Shown: positions 37,871 to 39,053 of the stretch, one piece after another
How the letters are laid out: the number at the start of each line of letters is the position of its first letter
How positions within the stretch are numbered: position 1 is the stretch's first letter
Virus record (IMG/VR): IMGVR_UViG_3300033150_000619
Length of the DNA stretch: 39,053 nucleotides
Source of the DNA: a virus
Lineage: Duplodnaviria > Heunggongvirae > Uroviricota > Caudoviricetes
Direction: 5' to 3' (one strand)
Translations under genes and position numbers: made by a program
The notes under the pieces: model-generated
Told to the model about the DNA's origin: nothing
The model's database searches: none
The model's input: only the letters and a program-made list of their open reading frames with translations

Positions 37871-38816
37871 TCAGGTGGAATAAACTCGTGACTGCAGGAG
37901 TGGCTGAAGTCTCAGTCTTTCCTCCTCATCTTCCTGCTTGATTCTCTCGATATCTTTCTCAAACAGGGGATCGAGAATAATGGTTTCAGCGTTCTCCATT
38001 GCTTTCCTAAGAAGTATCAAACGGTTCTGTTCTTCGATATTGAGTTCCTTCGCACTCATTTATTAACAACTCTGGGTAACTGCATTTTCACTAGCCTCTT
38101 CCTTAAGTTTCTCTATATAGTCGAATGTCTTGAAGACAGCGAGGTTTTCCTGATCTTGTCTTACCTCAAGCACCGTTGAACCTCCGACAAATGCAATCTT
38201 GAAGCTGCTACATGTGTATTCCTTAGATCTTTTGTCGTCAATTACCACCAGTATTTTCATCCCTCTGTCTCCATAGATGAATCGCCTGTCCGTTTACTTT
38301 GCTTTCTTCTGGATTCAATTATCTTGGCGTGTTGTTTACAATATAAACCACCGGGACCATACCCTCTCTTCCGTTTACACTGATAGAAATGCCAACCCGT
38401 TTCATCTGCTACCTCAGCAATACATCGGGTAGGATCTTCAGGAATACCATGAGGTCTTAAAGTCGATTTACCATAATACCGAGTCATGTTTCCACCTTCC
38501 TATTTATCTTATGGAAATGGTTAATTAAGAAGATACTCATTTAGAATCCAACCAGGTCACTAAATGTGATCAATGCTTCAACAGCCTCTGGTTCTGTTAG
38601 GAAGCACTGCTTATGCATGTACAGGACCTCTATCTCATCATCCTTGTAAATATCAATAGATATCATATCGTCTGAGTCAACTTCCTCTCCGCAAATATCA
38701 CATATGAGCTTCCGTTTCTGTCTTTCATATGATGACCACCACGTTGGTGTAAACGTTGAGGCACTGGCATTACTGGTAGTACTGTATATAACTCCGCTAC
38801 GGCACCATTGATTCAT
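37871..38816 (-). other. Run of small hypothetical genes (37871, 38063, 38257 Cys/His-rich, 38541 CxxC..HxxC finger)
   Basis: Co-oriented ORFs. Confidence 0.6.
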
Positions 38817-39053
38817 ACTAGCTCTAAGTCCTCATTAATGAGCAATGACCTAATAAATGCTGAGTTCTCCTTATCAGCAAAGCACCTGCGGTGGAACCAT
38901 ATCCTCTTACCTCCTATTTCTAGGAAGCACCCATCGTCTTCTGTCGCTATCAATTCTTCACAGCAGGCACATATCTGGGGTGTATAGTAGTCTATCTGCT
39001 TCCTTATAGTATCCCAGTCGACAATAGGTATAGGCGTACTCGGCTTCGGTGGT
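38813..39053 (-). CDS. 5'-partial Zn-finger protein (CxxC..HxxC)
   Basis: ...ICACCEELI...WFHRRCF...LELV*; ATGA overlap with the next gene. Confidence 0.6.
   Translation of the reverse strand, partial: PPKPSTPIPIVDWDTIRKQIDYYTPQICACCEELIATEDDGCFLEIGGKRIWFHRRCFADKENSAFIRSLLINEDLELV

Noticed and set aside
1-39053. Genome-wide stop-codon reassignment (TGA or TAG as sense)
   Set aside because: All long conserved genes are open in code 11, and both TGA (often in ATGA overlaps) and TAG end genes right at the next start. Any recoding must be local.
1-39053. tRNA or rRNA genes
   Set aside because: No cloverleaf or T-loop (GTTCRA) context was found by eye in the short intergenic gaps; tRNAscan-SE would be decisive.

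Overview
This is a gene-dense, AT-rich 39 kb segment in which every credible gene lies on the minus strand. Many genes have overlapping stop/start codons and archaeal SD (GGTGA/GGAG) or TATA signals. The content fits a large archaeal virus or other large extrachromosomal element, probably with a TACK/Bathyarchaeia-like host (inferred from TFB), but no virion structural gene is visible in the window. It encodes a repair/nucleotide module (radical-SAM RNR activase, XPF/ERCC4 nuclease, RadB-like ATPase, dCMP deaminase, RNase HI, DHH phosphoesterase) and a ~13 kb glycosylation island (nucleotidyltransferase, NDP-sugar epimerase, four GT2, one GT4, NeuA-like cytidylyltransferase, Maf/DUF115-like transferase). 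It also encodes two beta-class DNA methyltransferases, an Hsp90-like GHKL ATPase, an AAA+ ATPase, NADAR, TFB, a free-standing LAGLIDADG endonuclease and dozens of small, often Zn-binding, hypothetical proteins. Five inteins are present. Two signals are absent from the ORF track. (1) A cryptic archaeal release factor aRF1 gene (30875-31521) has intact NIK, YxCxxxF and GGQ motifs but is split by two in-frame UGA codons and a -1 frameshift; it is either recoded/autoregulated or a young pseudogene. (2) The 12-14 bp palindrome RCTTAGATCTAAGT occurs ten times, across all reading frames.
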